Notes: a model not told the origin generated them from the sequence alone. 64,000 bases of DNA from Thermoplasmatota archaeon (GCA_965234725.1 CBDDUX010000027.1:9772-73771), one strand, 5' to 3'. Shown: positions 1 to 10,382, numbered from the stretch's first letter. Made by a program: numbers and translations.

Positions 1-1049
1 ATGTAGTAATATCCGATAGATGTCATCTGATAATGCCCTATCATAAGGTCCTTGATGGGATCCAGGAGATCGGCAGAAAAGAGGGTACCAAGGTAGGGAC
101 GACTGGACGCGGTATTGGACCCTGCTATCAGGACAAAGCGGGAAGGATCGGGATAAGGGCTGGAGATCTGCGTCATCCTGAGATCCTCAAACAAAAGATC
201 GAAGCAGCCGTTACCCATGCAAGTCTGATCATTGGCAAAATGTCCTCGGATGATGGTGTATTGGACCATGAAAGAATTTTTAAAGACATCATGGAGCTGA
301 GAGATGGTATCATGCCCCATCTCAGGGATGTACCTGCCACGATCTGTGACCTTCTGGACAATGAGGGAAACATACTACTGGAAGGCGCTCAGGGAGTATT
401 TCTGGATCTGGATAGGGGAACATATCCGTTCGTTACCTCCTCCTCCTGTACGGCAGGATACGGATGCGCTGGGACTGGTATTGGACCATTGGACATTGAA
501 AAGGTTGTGGGAATAGTAAAAGCCTACACGACCCGTGTGGGAGAGGGGCCGTTCCCGACCGAGCTGAACAACCAGATAGGCACTATTATACAGAAAAGAG
601 GCCATGAGGTAGGGACGACCACCGACAGGACAAGGAGGTGCGGTTGGCTGGACCTTGTGATGGTAAGATCATCGGTGAATTGGAACTCCATTACAGACCT
701 GGCACTTACAAAGGTTGATGTTCTCTCAGGTATCGATCCATTGATGGTCTGCACGGAATATAGGATCGATCAGGAGACCGCCGACCTATATGGGATAGGG
801 ACCACACTCAGACATTTCCCGTCCCATCTTGAACTACTTTCAAGGGCTACCCCGGTCTATGTAAAGATGAAAGGCTGGGAGGATATGGACCTGGAGGGGT
901 GGATGAAGGTCAAGGAATCCGGGGAACTGCCAAAACGTTTACAAGATTATATGGACCTCATCGAGAGGGAGGTCCTTTCAAAGATTGTCCTCCTTTCTTT
1001 TGGCAAGGACAGGGAGCATACAATGAACCTTACCGGAGACCCTATATGA
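1..1049 (+). CDS. purA: Adenylosuccinate synthetase, 5'-truncated by window edge (reading frame open to position 3; N-terminal ~100 aa missing)
   Basis: GTTGRGIGPCY motif and remaining PurA C-terminal half; no in-frame stop upstream of the first Met at 33; stop TGA 1047-1049 overlaps the next ATG. Confidence 0.85.
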   Translation, partial: VVISDRCHLIMPYHKVLDGIQEIGRKEGTKVGTTGRGIGPCYQDKAGRIGIRAGDLRHPEILKQKIEAAVTHASLIIGKMSSDDGVLDHERIFKDIMELRDGIMPHLRDVPATICDLLDNEGNILLEGAQGVFLDLDRGTYPFVTSSSCTAGYGCAGTGIGPLDIEKVVGIVKAYTTRVGEGPFPTELNNQIGTIIQKRGHEVGTTTDRTRRCGWLDLVMVRSSVNWNSITDLALTKVDVLSGIDPLMVCTEYRIDQETADLYGIGTTLRHFPSHLELLSRATPVYVKMKGWEDMDLEGWMKVKESGELPKRLQDYMDLIEREVLSKIVLLSFGKDREHTMNLTGDPI

Positions 1050-1714
1050 GGACCGGTCGAGACTTCAGAGAATTACAGGAACTTCTCATTGCAAAACTCA
1101 AGGTCGAAGGAGTGATACGTTCTCCTGAAGTCGAAGAAGCCATGATGGATATCCCACGTGAAGCCTTCATCCCTGGTGCATCTCCAAAAGAAACTTACGG
1201 CGATCGTCCCCAATTCATTGGAAATGGGCAAACAATTTCCGCCCCCCATATGGTTGCGATAATGGTCGAGGCACTTGACCTGAGAAGGGGACATCGGGTC
1301 CTTGAGATCGGTGGAGGATCCGGATACCATGCAGCTGTGATATCAAGGGTGATAGGACCCGACGGGAAAGTCTTCTCACTTGAGATCGTCCCCTCACTGG
1401 CGGAACGGGCCAGGAATGCTCTGGCCAGTATCAACTTGGAGAACATAACAATGATCACGGGGGATGGTTCCGAGGGGTATCCTTCGAGAGCTCCTTACGA
1501 TCGGATATACTACACCTGCGCAGCTCCTTATGTTCCTGAAGAGGTCCTGTCTCAGCTGAAGGATGATGGGTTCTTGCTTTCGGTGGAGGGGGAACCCAAT
1601 TCTACACAACGTTTGATCTCTTACAGAAGGGATCGTAAGGGTAATTTCAGGAAAAAGGTATTGACCTATTGCATCTTCGTACCACTTGTTGGGAAACGAG
1701 GTCACAGGTCATGA
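1046..1714 (+). CDS. pcm: Protein-L-isoaspartate O-methyltransferase
   Basis: Internal Met at 1046 gives a typical PIMT N-terminus (MRTGRDFRELQELLIAKL...EAMMDIPREAFIP) and the SAM-binding motif LEIGGGSGYHAAV; ATGA overlap with purA stop. Confidence 0.85.
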   Translation: MRTGRDFRELQELLIAKLKVEGVIRSPEVEEAMMDIPREAFIPGASPKETYGDRPQFIGNGQTISAPHMVAIMVEALDLRRGHRVLEIGGGSGYHAAVISRVIGPDGKVFSLEIVPSLAERARNALASINLENITMITGDGSEGYPSRAPYDRIYYTCAAPYVPEEVLSQLKDDGFLLSVEGEPNSTQRLISYRRDRKGNFRKKVLTYCIFVPLVGKRGHRS

Positions 1715-2295
1715 GTTCTGAGTTTGAATGACCTGCCATGACCTGGGATGTAAAGGGCCGAACCAGAATTGAGGGCTTCTGTCCTACTTTTTAAAAGCAT
1801 TATCGGGTCAGAGGCAAACTCATCTGGTAGATTGAGGAGATTATATCTGTTCATTTCGATCTCTCTGTCCTCCTCCCACCAGAAGAGGTCGCCGCAGATC
1901 ATTACACGACCCTCCTTGGTTTCGGTAATAAGTGAAGAATGGTCGTAAGTATGCCCTGGGGTGGGAATTATCCGAATATCTGTTCCTGGTATCCTTCCAT
2001 TATGAGGTATTATAGAAGTTTCCTGGTGGACATAGTTGATATCCACGATTTCAGCAAAGGGGAAGAGTGCAAGGTTCTTTATGTGGTCCAGATGCGTATG
2101 GGTAATGAAGATCGTATCAATTTCCTCAGGCCATATCGACTTTCTCTCCAGGATCTCTAGAAGTTTCGGATGGTTCCCCGGATCAACAAGGACCTTCTTC
2201 TTTCCTGTGTCAAGTACAACGGTGTTCGGGACCGCATCCCAGATAGATCCATCCTTTTTTGCCCAACCCTCGATAATATTCCTAACGGTGGACAT
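1702..2295 (-). CDS. Metallo-beta-lactamase fold hydrolase
   Basis: THTHLDH (HxHxDH) zinc-binding motif and downstream His/Asp ligands. Confidence 0.7.
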   Translation of the reverse strand: MSTVRNIIEGWAKKDGSIWDAVPNTVVLDTGKKKVLVDPGNHPKLLEILERKSIWPEEIDTIFITHTHLDHIKNLALFPFAEIVDINYVHQETSIIPHNGRIPGTDIRIIPTPGHTYDHSSLITETKEGRVMICGDLFWWEEDREIEMNRYNLLNLPDEFASDPIMLLKSRTEALNSGSALYIPGHGRSFKLRTHDL

Positions 2296-2354
2296 TGCCT
2301 TTCAAGTTGAGGTTCAATAGATAATGGTTCCCCTATTATTCGACCAATTTGAAC

Positions 2355-2984
2355 CTAACATTTAACCACGGTTGCTCTTTTCGATACTATACATTCCTGG
2401 TTTTTGACCTCCACATCAAGAACCGAGAAAATGGGGAATCCGAATTCCTCCGATAGGAGATCCATCCCATCTCCCATTTTATTAAAAAGAATGACCGCGC
2501 CAGCTATATTGATCCCAGTGGACCTCACACCTTTTACTAGGGACCTCAGGGTCCCTCCGGTTGAGAGTACATCATCAATTATGACCAAATTCCCTGCTGT
2601 TGTTGGCAGGTTTAAGAAAAGGTCTGAGGAGGAATAACCGGTCCTTTGGAGGACCTCTACCTCTCCCTGCATCCCATACCTTCTTTTCCTTGCGATACTG
2701 AATGGTATTTTTAGCCCCAGGGAGACCGCGGAGGTTATTGGTATGCCCATGGATTCCGCAGTGAGGAGAAGGTCGACCTTATCAATGGTTCCGATCAAAT
2801 CGCATACCAGTCCAGATAAATTCTCTAACATTCCTGGATCTATGCTCGGAATGCCATCGGACAGTGGATGGACGAAGTAACTGTATCCGTTCTTGTCGAT
2901 TATCGTTATATCATCGAATGAACGATAAAGTTCCAATAGACGACTATCCTCATTCATTATGGTCACCTCCAAGATCAGAGGCAA
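2355..2984 (-). CDS. Phosphoribosyltransferase-family protein with N-terminal extension (purine/hypoxanthine PRTase-like); alternative start at 2957
   Basis: PRPP-binding motif VIIDDVLSTGGTL; 35-nt overlap with the upstream gene disappears if the Met at 2957 is used. Confidence 0.65.
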   Translation of the reverse strand: MPLILEVTIMNEDSRLLELYRSFDDITIIDKNGYSYFVHPLSDGIPSIDPGMLENLSGLVCDLIGTIDKVDLLLTAESMGIPITSAVSLGLKIPFSIARKRRYGMQGEVEVLQRTGYSSSDLFLNLPTTAGNLVIIDDVLSTGGTLRSLVKGVRSTGINIAGAVILFNKMGDGMDLLSEEFGFPIFSVLDVEVKNQECIVSKRATVVKC

Positions 2985-4227
2985 GTCTGATCGCTTCCGT
3001 GATTATTCTCTCCTGTCTATCGATCTTTCTGTTATCCATTAGAATATGACCATTCACAATTGAATAACATACAGCGCTGCTCTGGACTGAATAGACGACA
3101 TTGGATTCCGGGGAATGACAGGGTACCATCGTTGGATCTTTCATATCAATCAGTATCAGATCGGCCAATTTGCCTTCTGAAAGTGTTCCGCCATTGATAC
3201 CCAGAGCTTCGTATCCGACCCTCGTTGCAGCATTGATTATTTCATGGGCGGAAATGGATGATGCACCAAATCGTTGTTTGCATAAAAGACCCATCATCTT
3301 CATAGTGGAAAACATGTCCAAGGAATTGTTGGAAGCAGAACCATCCGTTCCAAGTGCAACCCTTATGCCCCGTCTCACTATATCGGGATATTTCAACTGG
3401 CCCCCAACTGAGAGCTTCATATTGGATATTGGAGCATGAGCGATACCCACCCCATTTTCCGCGGCAAGGTCCATATCCACCTCTGTGAGGTGGACACAAT
3501 GAGCTCCGATCAGCTTGTTTTCAAGGAGACCACATTTTTTAAGGATCCCCATTGGGGTCCCACCGAACCTTTCACTACATTCCTTGACCTCATTTTCTGT
3601 TTCAGAAATGTGGGTATGTACTATCAGCTCCCTCTTTTCAGCCTCTTCTTTGCACCATCTCAATCCTTCCTCAGAGACAGTATATACAGCATGAGGGGAC
3701 ATGGAGTTTTTTACTCTTCCACAATTCAAGTTATCGATCGCTTCCAAAGATCTTCTGACGCCCTTGATTCCTTGCTCTCTTCTTTCTTCATCAAAGAGGT
3801 CAATAAATCCTTCACCAAGTACCGCTCTCAATCCCATGTCGCGAACAATATCAGCCACCTCTCCCTGTCTGAAATACATATCATTGAAGAGTGTGGTACC
3901 GGTCCTGATCATTTCCAGACAGGCAAGGGAAAGGCCGCTCCGGAGGTGATCCAGGGTCATCCTTGATTCCATGGGCCAGATCCTATTCTGAAGCCACTCC
4001 TTCAATTCCAAATCCTCTCCGATACCTTTCAAGAGGGTCATGGGTGCATGAGTGTGAGAATTGCATAGACCAGGCATTATCAACAGGTCTGAAGCATCTA
4101 TTGTTCTATCTGAATCCTCTCCTGAAACCCTTCCCTCATGGATCTCCTCAATTGAACCATCATCAAGGATGAATGTCCTTCTTCTTCCGTCCAGACAGTG
4201 GGCTCCTTCGATGACCATCCTTCCCAT
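2950..4227 (-). CDS. mtaD: Amidohydrolase-family deaminase: 5-methylthioadenosine / S-adenosylhomocysteine / 5'-deoxyadenosine deaminase
   Basis: HTHAPMT metal-binding start, HTHISE and GTDGSASNN motifs of the chlorohydrolase/MtaD subfamily. Confidence 0.75.
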   Translation of the reverse strand: MGRMVIEGAHCLDGRRRTFILDDGSIEEIHEGRVSGEDSDRTIDASDLLIMPGLCNSHTHAPMTLLKGIGEDLELKEWLQNRIWPMESRMTLDHLRSGLSLACLEMIRTGTTLFNDMYFRQGEVADIVRDMGLRAVLGEGFIDLFDEERREQGIKGVRRSLEAIDNLNCGRVKNSMSPHAVYTVSEEGLRWCKEEAEKRELIVHTHISETENEVKECSERFGGTPMGILKKCGLLENKLIGAHCVHLTEVDMDLAAENGVGIAHAPISNMKLSVGGQLKYPDIVRRGIRVALGTDGSASNNSLDMFSTMKMMGLLCKQRFGASSISAHEIINAATRVGYEALGINGGTLSEGKLADLILIDMKDPTMVPCHSPESNVVYSVQSSAVCYSIVNGHILMDNRKIDRQERIITEAIRLASDLGGDHNE

Positions 4228-4280
4228 GGGAGGTGAAGGGTGGGATCTATTGAAAAAACCTTCCTAAGTATTCTTTTTCC

Positions 4281-4985
4281 TCATATTTTATCTGGAAGGT
4301 TGGACAAGATCTCCAAGACCGATCCCCATCTTGACCTGGCATTCCCGAGTATGTCTTTGAAATCCAAGGGGGTTCGTTCTATCCCATTTGCATAATTATC
4401 AATTGTTAGAAGTGCTCCAACTCTGATCCCAAGTTCGGAACAAAGGGTAGCCTCAGGTCCCAGGTTCATTCCCACGATATCTCCCCAACCAGAAAGGAGC
4501 TTTACCTCTGCTTCGGTCTCCAGTCTTGGACCTCTGGTCTGGACATAGATGCAATCCTGCAAGAGGTCGTAATTGGATGATCTGCAGGCTTCCACCAGGG
4601 AGGATTGGATATCCTGGTCCAGACCAGGAGTTGTATGGAAGATGTCGCTATCATGGAAGGTAGTACCAGAGGAAAGGTCAATGTAATCAGAGGGGATCGC
4701 AAATCCAGGGACCCTGATATTCGATCTCAATGCACCTGTAGAGCAAATGGAAATGACCGAATCTATTCCGTTATCGAAAAGAGCCTGAACGTTCGCTTTG
4801 TGATCGATCTTGTGAGGAGGTATGGATGGGGGGATCCCATGCCGGGCGATCATTTTGATCTTTTTGTCTCCAACCTCAAGATCGATAATTGGGCTTGAAG
4901 TCCTTCCCCAAATGGTTTCAATGGACCCTTCGGGACGCAACGATCCAATATCTATGACTGATCCAGCAAGTATCCCCATGGTCAT
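4281..4985 (-). CDS. mtnP: 5'-methylthioadenosine (methylthioinosine) phosphorylase / purine nucleoside phosphorylase family
   Basis: PNP/MTAP family sequence pattern (IGGSG-like start, C-terminal phosphate/ribose-binding residues); adjacent to the deaminase. Confidence 0.7.
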   Translation of the reverse strand: MTMGILAGSVIDIGSLRPEGSIETIWGRTSSPIIDLEVGDKKIKMIARHGIPPSIPPHKIDHKANVQALFDNGIDSVISICSTGALRSNIRVPGFAIPSDYIDLSSGTTFHDSDIFHTTPGLDQDIQSSLVEACRSSNYDLLQDCIYVQTRGPRLETEAEVKLLSGWGDIVGMNLGPEATLCSELGIRVGALLTIDNYANGIERTPLDFKDILGNARSRWGSVLEILSNLPDKI

Positions 4986-5022
4986 GAAGGTCCATTGGTG
5001 GTATCGGGAATAACGATTTCGG

Positions 5023-8000
5023 TCAGGTCTGAACCATTCCCAGATTCTCCTCTAGCGGATAGAACCTTGCTGATTTATCATCCCTTTTGTAGTCGACAAT
5101 ACCGGCCCTGATCAGGTTCTTGACATGATAGTTAACTACCTGCCTGGATACCCCGATCAGCCTTCCTATCTGGTCCATGGTCACTCCAGGGTGTTCCAGT
5201 ATGATATTGAAGATCTCTTCCTGTTTGGAAACATTCTTCTTCAATTTGCTGATATTGATATTGGCTGGATAGTATCTCTTGTATATTCCATCGAACATGG
5301 ATTTTACGAATCCGTTTTGCTCGAGCACCCTAAGGTGGTATGCAAGGGTTCCATTGTTGAGGTCAAGGTTTCTTTTAATTGAGGAATAATGGTCCCCGGG
5401 GTTCGCAATGATGTAACCCCTGATCAGACCTCTTATCTCATGGTTCAGAATGTCCTTCTTGCTTAATTTCGAATAGAATGATATCCCGGCTGTGACCATG
5501 GTCACAAAACCGACCTCGGACCAAAGGAGTATGAAAATGGCTCCTATCGCAAGGCCTCCCAATCCACCGATCAGTAGCCATGGTGGGTTTGCCTCTCCTG
5601 GTTCATTGGGGGTCAGATAATTATCTGGGATGGGGTCATCATCATCATCTTTTTGATCATCATCTGCCGGTTCATCTCCATCGTCGATCACCGGAGGTTT
5701 GTAAGGCCAGACCAATTTCGTGAACTCGACCTGAGAATACTCGGATCCGTCATGTGCTCTTATAAAGATATACTGTCCTGACAATGGAACTGATAGTTCA
5801 TCTACCAGTATGGACCAGGACTTGAATCCCCAGGCATCCCTCCAATCTCCATCCCCTATCCTGTACTCTATCTTTCCTCCTGAATCATCAGGGTCCCTTA
5901 CCCTTCCTGAGATCATCCATCCCTGGTCTTCCTGATATTCCACATCATCCATGATTATCTTGGGGATATCGTTCACAGGTTCGATCCTGACCCTCAATCT
6001 GTCCGTTAGAATGGAGTCACCTGATACTATCTCCAGCCAAACGGTCACTTCACCGGAAATATCCTCGGTTGGAAGGAGGAAGAGATATCTGTTGGCTCCA
6101 TAATATGATATATAAGTTATCAAACGTGCGTCACTCGGGATCACCGATATCTCCACATTCGATAGATCCGAATCCGGATCGATTATCCATCCCTCAATAG
6201 GTATACGTGTTGGGAATTCCTGGTCCTCAACAAGGTTCACAAGACCAGGATTGGCTCCAATCCATGGGTCTGCATCCATGTTGATGACCTCAATTTCTCC
6301 AATTGTCCGTGTCCCATCACCTTGACCTGTTTGAGGATCAAATGCGATCACTTCGATCCTGGCGAAACCTCCGGAACCCATGATGGATGGATACAGTATC
6401 AGCTCATCCTCATCGATCCAGATATCCAAATCATCCCTCAACTCTGGCGGATCCGTACTAATGATCCCGACCTCGAAGGTCATGGGATCCCCGTCCGGAT
6501 CCTTGAAAATACCGTTCTCACCCGTCAGTTCGACCCTTCTTTCCTCTCCTTCGGATATTGTTATGGATCCTATTCCTCTCAAAAGTTGGGGATTGTCCTG
6601 AACCGGTAAGATAACAAGGTTGATCGGTTTGGAAAGTACCCGTGAATTCAGGTCGGATACACCGATCCTGAATGAAAAATTCCCGTTCAGGTCCGGGTAT
6701 TGTGATGCATGAGAAACTAGCAGATGGTTATTATCGATGAACAGCAGACCTCCCGGGATCTGAGAGATGGGGATTATCTCCAGCGAGAGCTTATCAGTTC
6801 CCAGAAGATCATCATCAACATGATCCAATATGTCGATCAATGTCTGTCCGAGAGATCCCTCCATTATAGTTATCTTCTCTGGAAGGCTGTCAAGTATCAC
6901 GGGAGGTGAATCATAGGTTACTGTAACCGGTCCAATTTCCAGGGCTCCGGATGAACCAGCCCTGACCATGAATGGAACAAAAGATTGATCGAAGTCATTT
7001 TGAGCTTTTTCCATGGCTTTCATGAAGTATGGTGAATCTGATATGTCAATAGAGATCCTGTAATCAATGGAAAGGTCCTTGAACGTGATGAAGCCAGGGC
7101 TGGAAACCATATAGAGGTCCAGGGCCTTGAAGGTATTTCCATAGATGTCGCTTTTCAATGTTCCTTGAATGTCATTCGGGAGCAATGTTTTCAGGTCCAA
7201 GGAAAAATGAGATGAGTTAGGAGCAATGTCAATACTACCACTGGATGATCCCATCGAGATATCGTTTATCGAATTCCAATCTGTCCCTGATGAGATCAAT
7301 CCATCATTGGATGTGAAACTGAATACATTTCCTGAACCCGTAGCGTCAAACTCTCCCAACAATGCTGGTCCATCAATGTCTTCCAGGAGTTCTATCAAAT
7401 ATCCTCTGTTATTTCCGGGAAGGATCTGGTAGAATCCACCCTTTGAACTTGTATAGAGGAATCCCTCGGGTCCGGTATATGCTCCACCATCCCCGTAGAA
7501 TTCTCTTGGGATCGATCTGGGGGAGGAAAAGGTATTGTTCAATCCGACCCAGGATAATGCGGGAGAGGTTCCGTTCCAGGAAATGACCGCCAGGTCCTTA
7601 TAGGGTCCTGAAGGGAAATAGAATTCCTCCCTGCCATCACCATCAAGGTCTATTGAGGTACCCTGTCCACTGATCGGAGCAAAGGAATCCAGGTCCAAGA
7701 AACCAGTTGAAGGTGATCCATTATTATCAACGGTAGTTGTAAGGATGGTGATATTGGAATCCTCATTTTCGGGGAAGAGGATGATGTCCGGAACTCCTCC
7801 GTTCAGGATCTTGGTTGTTCCGATCCCGATGATTCCGGGTGTGGAATCCAGTACGACCTGTTCGATCAGGGAGCCGCTTTCTCCAAGAGAGAATTCGCTC
7901 AATCCTCCACCGTTTGGTTTGAGGACATAGACTATATCCCTCAAAGTCTCCTCATCCTTGAGAACCTGGAAACCATTTCCCATTCTGGAAAGGTTATTGG

Positions 8001-8865
8001 CAAGCTCGATCTCTTTCAGGTCTTCCCAACCACTACCAGTTAGGAGGGATACTTTATCACCTGAGCTGGTTCCCTCGAAGTACTGTAAGACAATGCCTCC
8101 GGCAACCTTGCTATCTCCATCAAGTATCCTAACTGAAGGGTCTCCGGATACACCATCAAGTACCCGGGTTCTTGAGTAGTTCCCCTTACCATCGAAATGG
8201 ATGACATATATGGCAGAGTCCGGGAGATAATGGTATGTTATCTCTTCAATACCATCTCCATCGATATCTCCTATATCCATGGAATCAGCTCTCACATCAT
8301 CCGGAAGTATGTCCCATATCCTTCTGGCACCCTCAGGTCGTAATGTCGGAGGAAGATAGATATCCATGCTTGCATCACTGACCTCAGAATTCTCGGGAAG
8401 CAGAATAGTGATCGTCCTGGTTGAACCGGACATCAGCTCTCTTTCCACGTCAGATCCTGTAATAAAGGCTATCTGGCGGCCGAAATCCCCCTGAGCACCC
8501 CCGCCAAATGACCACTCCTTCCTGCCATCCATCCCAATATCTATTGAAACAGAGGACGGACCTTCCATTCCATCCACCGTGGAGACCATCAAGGTTGCCC
8601 CTATGACGGGTCCACCATCCGGGATGGGAATGGAGAGACTGGGATCGATACCTCCTCCCGATCCAAATTCAACGATAACTTTCTCGTGTTCGACGTTCCC
8701 CTTTCTGATCGATCCGGTCTCCTCCGCAAGTGTTAGAGGTGAGACTGATAATGAGATCGCAATGAAGATCAGGATCGCTTTACTGAGGACCCCAACATCC
8801 CGAAAATTTGAATTTCGGTGCGCTTCCCTTTTTTCTAAGTGTACAAAGGGCAAGCTCCCATTCAT
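5023..8865 (-). CDS. Giant surface protein (1280 aa): signal anchor, extracellular region with DGDG/FG-GAP-like Ca-binding repeats, one TM helix, cytoplasmic tandem winged-HTH domains
   Basis: N-terminal hydrophobic signal; DIDGDGIEEI and DLDGDGREEF motifs; TM WLLIGGLGGLAIGAIFILLW; C-terminal two wHTH units ending YKRYYP / SARFYPLE, paralogous to ORF 12156-12683. Confidence 0.75.
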   Translation of the reverse strand: MNGSLPFVHLEKREAHRNSNFRDVGVLSKAILIFIAISLSVSPLTLAEETGSIRKGNVEHEKVIVEFGSGGGIDPSLSIPIPDGGPVIGATLMVSTVDGMEGPSSVSIDIGMDGRKEWSFGGGAQGDFGRQIAFITGSDVERELMSGSTRTITILLPENSEVSDASMDIYLPPTLRPEGARRIWDILPDDVRADSMDIGDIDGDGIEEITYHYLPDSAIYVIHFDGKGNYSRTRVLDGVSGDPSVRILDGDSKVAGGIVLQYFEGTSSGDKVSLLTGSGWEDLKEIELANNLSRMGNGFQVLKDEETLRDIVYVLKPNGGGLSEFSLGESGSLIEQVVLDSTPGIIGIGTTKILNGGVPDIILFPENEDSNITILTTTVDNNGSPSTGFLDLDSFAPISGQGTSIDLDGDGREEFYFPSGPYKDLAVISWNGTSPALSWVGLNNTFSSPRSIPREFYGDGGAYTGPEGFLYTSSKGGFYQILPGNNRGYLIELLEDIDGPALLGEFDATGSGNVFSFTSNDGLISSGTDWNSINDISMGSSSGSIDIAPNSSHFSLDLKTLLPNDIQGTLKSDIYGNTFKALDLYMVSSPGFITFKDLSIDYRISIDISDSPYFMKAMEKAQNDFDQSFVPFMVRAGSSGALEIGPVTVTYDSPPVILDSLPEKITIMEGSLGQTLIDILDHVDDDLLGTDKLSLEIIPISQIPGGLLFIDNNHLLVSHASQYPDLNGNFSFRIGVSDLNSRVLSKPINLVILPVQDNPQLLRGIGSITISEGEERRVELTGENGIFKDPDGDPMTFEVGIISTDPPELRDDLDIWIDEDELILYPSIMGSGGFARIEVIAFDPQTGQGDGTRTIGEIEVINMDADPWIGANPGLVNLVEDQEFPTRIPIEGWIIDPDSDLSNVEISVIPSDARLITYISYYGANRYLFLLPTEDISGEVTVWLEIVSGDSILTDRLRVRIEPVNDIPKIIMDDVEYQEDQGWMISGRVRDPDDSGGKIEYRIGDGDWRDAWGFKSWSILVDELSVPLSGQYIFIRAHDGSEYSQVEFTKLVWPYKPPVIDDGDEPADDDQKDDDDDPIPDNYLTPNEPGEANPPWLLIGGLGGLAIGAIFILLWSEVGFVTMVTAGISFYSKLSKKDILNHEIRGLIRGYIIANPGDHYSSIKRNLDLNNGTLAYHLRVLEQNGFVKSMFDGIYKRYYPANINISKLKKNVSKQEEIFNIILEHPGVTMDQIGRLIGVSRQVVNYHVKNLIRAGIVDYKRDDKSARFYPLEENLGMVQT

Positions 8866-9060
8866 GGAAACTTATACTTTTTCCAAGATATTAATTATTA
8901 TCTGTACATATTTTTCAGCCAGAAGAAGGTCAAAGTTCAGAAAATACCAATCGGGAAAGAAATTAATCCTATCGAAATCAAGTTACCCAGCTCTTCCCGT
9001 TATTGATTTTGATAAGAAAACCTATAAGTAGAAAACCCGGGACTGAACTGTCACAGGCTA

Positions 9061-9768
9061 ATGGTGGGATCGATGGAAGAAGATTTCCTTAGGATCGGGA
9101 CAGGCATAGATGGTCTTGACGAAATGATAGAGGGAGGGTTCCCCTTTCCTTCTACTATCTTGCTGGCGGGAAACAGCGGATGCGGTAAAACCACTTTCTG
9201 CCTCCAATTCCTTTTTGAGGGTGCAAAAAGGGGTGAGAGAGGTCTTTATTTTACAACCCTTTCCGAACCGACGAACTGGATGCTCAGGTTCACCTCCCGT
9301 TTCAATTTCGTAGACAGAGAGGCTATTGGAAAGGACATCGTCTATTTCGACCTGGGACCATATTTCAAATCAAAATCTCCTGGAGATGATAAATATGAGA
9401 CCCTCATGAGGGTCATCGAGGAGAAGATCGTCGAGCTAATGCCTCAGAGGATAGTCATAGATCCTATCATCGCTGTCGGAGGGATCCTCAAGGAGCATTA
9501 TAGAGAGTTCGTTTTCGACCTATCCCAATCTCTGAAGAACTGGCAGGCGGTCACACTACTGACCGGTGAGGCCACTTTCGATCAACCTTATCCCATGGAG
9601 CCCGCGTATACTTCTGATGCAATCATTGTCCTATACAATGTAGAACATGAGGATGGAAGGAGAAGATACCTGGAGATATTGAAAATGAGGGGGACGGACC
9701 ATCTCACAGGGAAGCATATGGTTGATATGTCCTCAGATGGACTATCTGTTCAGATGGGGTTCAAATAG
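9061..9768 (+). CDS. KaiC/RecA-superfamily ATPase (single KaiC-like domain)
   Basis: Walker A GNSGCGKT, Walker B-like RIVIDPI, KaiC-like GIDGLD...GGFP opening. Confidence 0.75.
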   Translation: MVGSMEEDFLRIGTGIDGLDEMIEGGFPFPSTILLAGNSGCGKTTFCLQFLFEGAKRGERGLYFTTLSEPTNWMLRFTSRFNFVDREAIGKDIVYFDLGPYFKSKSPGDDKYETLMRVIEEKIVELMPQRIVIDPIIAVGGILKEHYREFVFDLSQSLKNWQAVTLLTGEATFDQPYPMEPAYTSDAIIVLYNVEHEDGRRRYLEILKMRGTDHLTGKHMVDMSSDGLSVQMGFK

Positions 9769-9770
9769 GG

Positions 9771-10382
9771 GTGATCATGATGGAACAAGCAAGTTCAAGG
9801 ATCATGGAATACATCGATCTCCTTAACATGTCATCAGAGTACTTGCTATCATTCTCACCCTTTTTCATCAATCATGTATCAGTTGACCTCATGACAGAAG
9901 TTCTATTAAATCGAAAGAGATCGGTGCTCTACATCTGTGTTGGAAGACCTCACCTTTTCGTCCAGAAGATATTGATGAACAGGGGAGTATCCACCAGGTC
10001 CATCCATTTCATGGATATGGTCCTTTATGTATGCAGGGAAATGAACAGGCAGAATCCATCAAAGATCTTCTTGGACGGGGAGGGTCAACCCCTGGAGATA
10101 CCCACCATCTTCAAACTATTCAGGGTCGATCAGGAGGTTGAACAACTCTCCATTGATGATGTCGACCTGTTGATCCTGGATAACCTTTCGGAACTCAGGA
10201 CCTACAACAACGATGAACAGATCAAGACCTTCCTTAAGCTGCTCCACAATATTTCAAGTTCCAAGGGAAAGGGACTGATCCTACTCCATCTGAATAACAG
10301 GCCAGGTGATGGTATCCCGGAACTTGTCAGGTCCATGGGGATAGAGGTCCTGGATATCCCAAACGATGCTTTCAGATCGTGA
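9771..10382 (+). CDS. Degenerate KaiC/RecA-like protein lacking a canonical Walker A (putative inactive partner)
   Basis: Starts 2 nt after the upstream KaiC-like gene; RecA-fold-like layout with LLILDNLSEL Walker B-like segment but no GxxGxGKT. Confidence 0.5.
   Translation: MIMMEQASSRIMEYIDLLNMSSEYLLSFSPFFINHVSVDLMTEVLLNRKRSVLYICVGRPHLFVQKILMNRGVSTRSIHFMDMVLYVCREMNRQNPSKIFLDGEGQPLEIPTIFKLFRVDQEVEQLSIDDVDLLILDNLSELRTYNNDEQIKTFLKLLHNISSSKGKGLILLHLNNRPGDGIPELVRSMGIEVLDIPNDAFRS

Noticed and set aside
173-754. Short ORFs on both strands inside purA (66-76 aa)
   Set aside because: They are fully nested within a well-supported conserved gene in other frames or strands and have no motif support.
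1046-1049. ATGA stop/start overlap between purA and pcm considered as a programmed frameshift site
   Set aside because: This is a common translational-coupling arrangement. Both genes are full-length in their own frames.
2296-2354. Possible tRNA-like T-loop (GGTTCAA...TTGAACC) between two minus-strand genes
   Set aside because: It is only an 8-bp inverted repeat with a 33-nt AT-rich loop. No acceptor stem or anticodon arm can be built, so it is more likely a terminator or promoter-spacing element.
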